NCBI GenBank assembly: GCA_015680685.1
Contig: MNCI01001300.1
Span: forward strand, 381,086 to 445,085
Reading direction: 5' to 3'
DNA length: 64,000 nt
DNA from: Gnetum montanum
Lineage: Eukaryota; Plantae; Gnetophyta
The notes beneath the pieces are model-generated. The model was not told the DNA's origin. It ran no database searches and worked only from the letters and a program-made list of their open reading frames with translations. Positions 63,736 through 64,000 of the stretch are shown one piece after another (position 1 is the stretch's first letter; the number at the start of each line of letters is the position of its first letter). The position numbers and the translations under genes are program-made.

Positions 63736-64000
63736 NTATGCTGTGAGAGCTGTAAATATTCAGAGTGTAAATATCCAACCGGGTACTAGTTCTGGCGATA
63801 ACTGTACAAAAAAGAGACCTTTTTTCAGAACTAAGAGCCCAGAAAGCTCTCACAACAACAAGAGGATGGGTACATGTATAGGCCTCTAACTACTAACGCT
63901 TCGGAGCACCCTTCAGTCCAAGGGAGTGTAACGCATACGGTTATGTTAACACATACCGTAACTGACTGGATCAAGGTAGGCCACCTTCCCAGGAAACTAA

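Noticed and set aside
1-64000. Species assignment and intact host genes
   Set aside because: The element lineages indicate a land plant but nothing is species-diagnostic. All track ORFs are transposon fragments, antisense shadows or short random frames.

Overview
AT-rich, gene-free land-plant heterochromatin made almost entirely of nested, decayed retrotransposons. I can support no intact host gene. From left to right: (1) a minus-strand L1 LINE (ORF1 and the start of the ORF2 endonuclease) joined to a 5'-truncated plus-strand RTE LINE; (2) an old Tat-lineage Ty3/gypsy element (LTR end and tRNA-Asn PBS near 4950, gag-protease to about 8250); (3) a minus-strand SIRE-like Ty1/copia element, split by a full-length Athila-like element (10962-23775, TSD CCTCC, env-like ORF) and by a solo LTR (25406-26044, TSD TAAAT); (4) a decayed, possibly spliced, minus-strand accessory-ORF remnant (about 26.7-30.4 kb); (5) a Tat pol (RT-RH-aRH-INT) interrupted inside RT by a younger 9.6-kb non-autonomous Tat element (32465-42092, TSD GTTTC); (6) a second solo LTR; (7) a third Tat-like element interrupted by a pol-less Athila-like element (52811-59849). 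The most unusual object is the 32465-42092 element. It encodes only Gag and protease, and where pol would be it carries 12 small hairpin units with a conserved 11-nt loop (consensus wGACnnTAAAC), co-varying stems and variable spacers, followed by two longer hairpins. This looks like a multivalent structured-RNA module. All translations, alignments and base-pairings were done by eye; family assignments rest on recalled motifs, not database searches.
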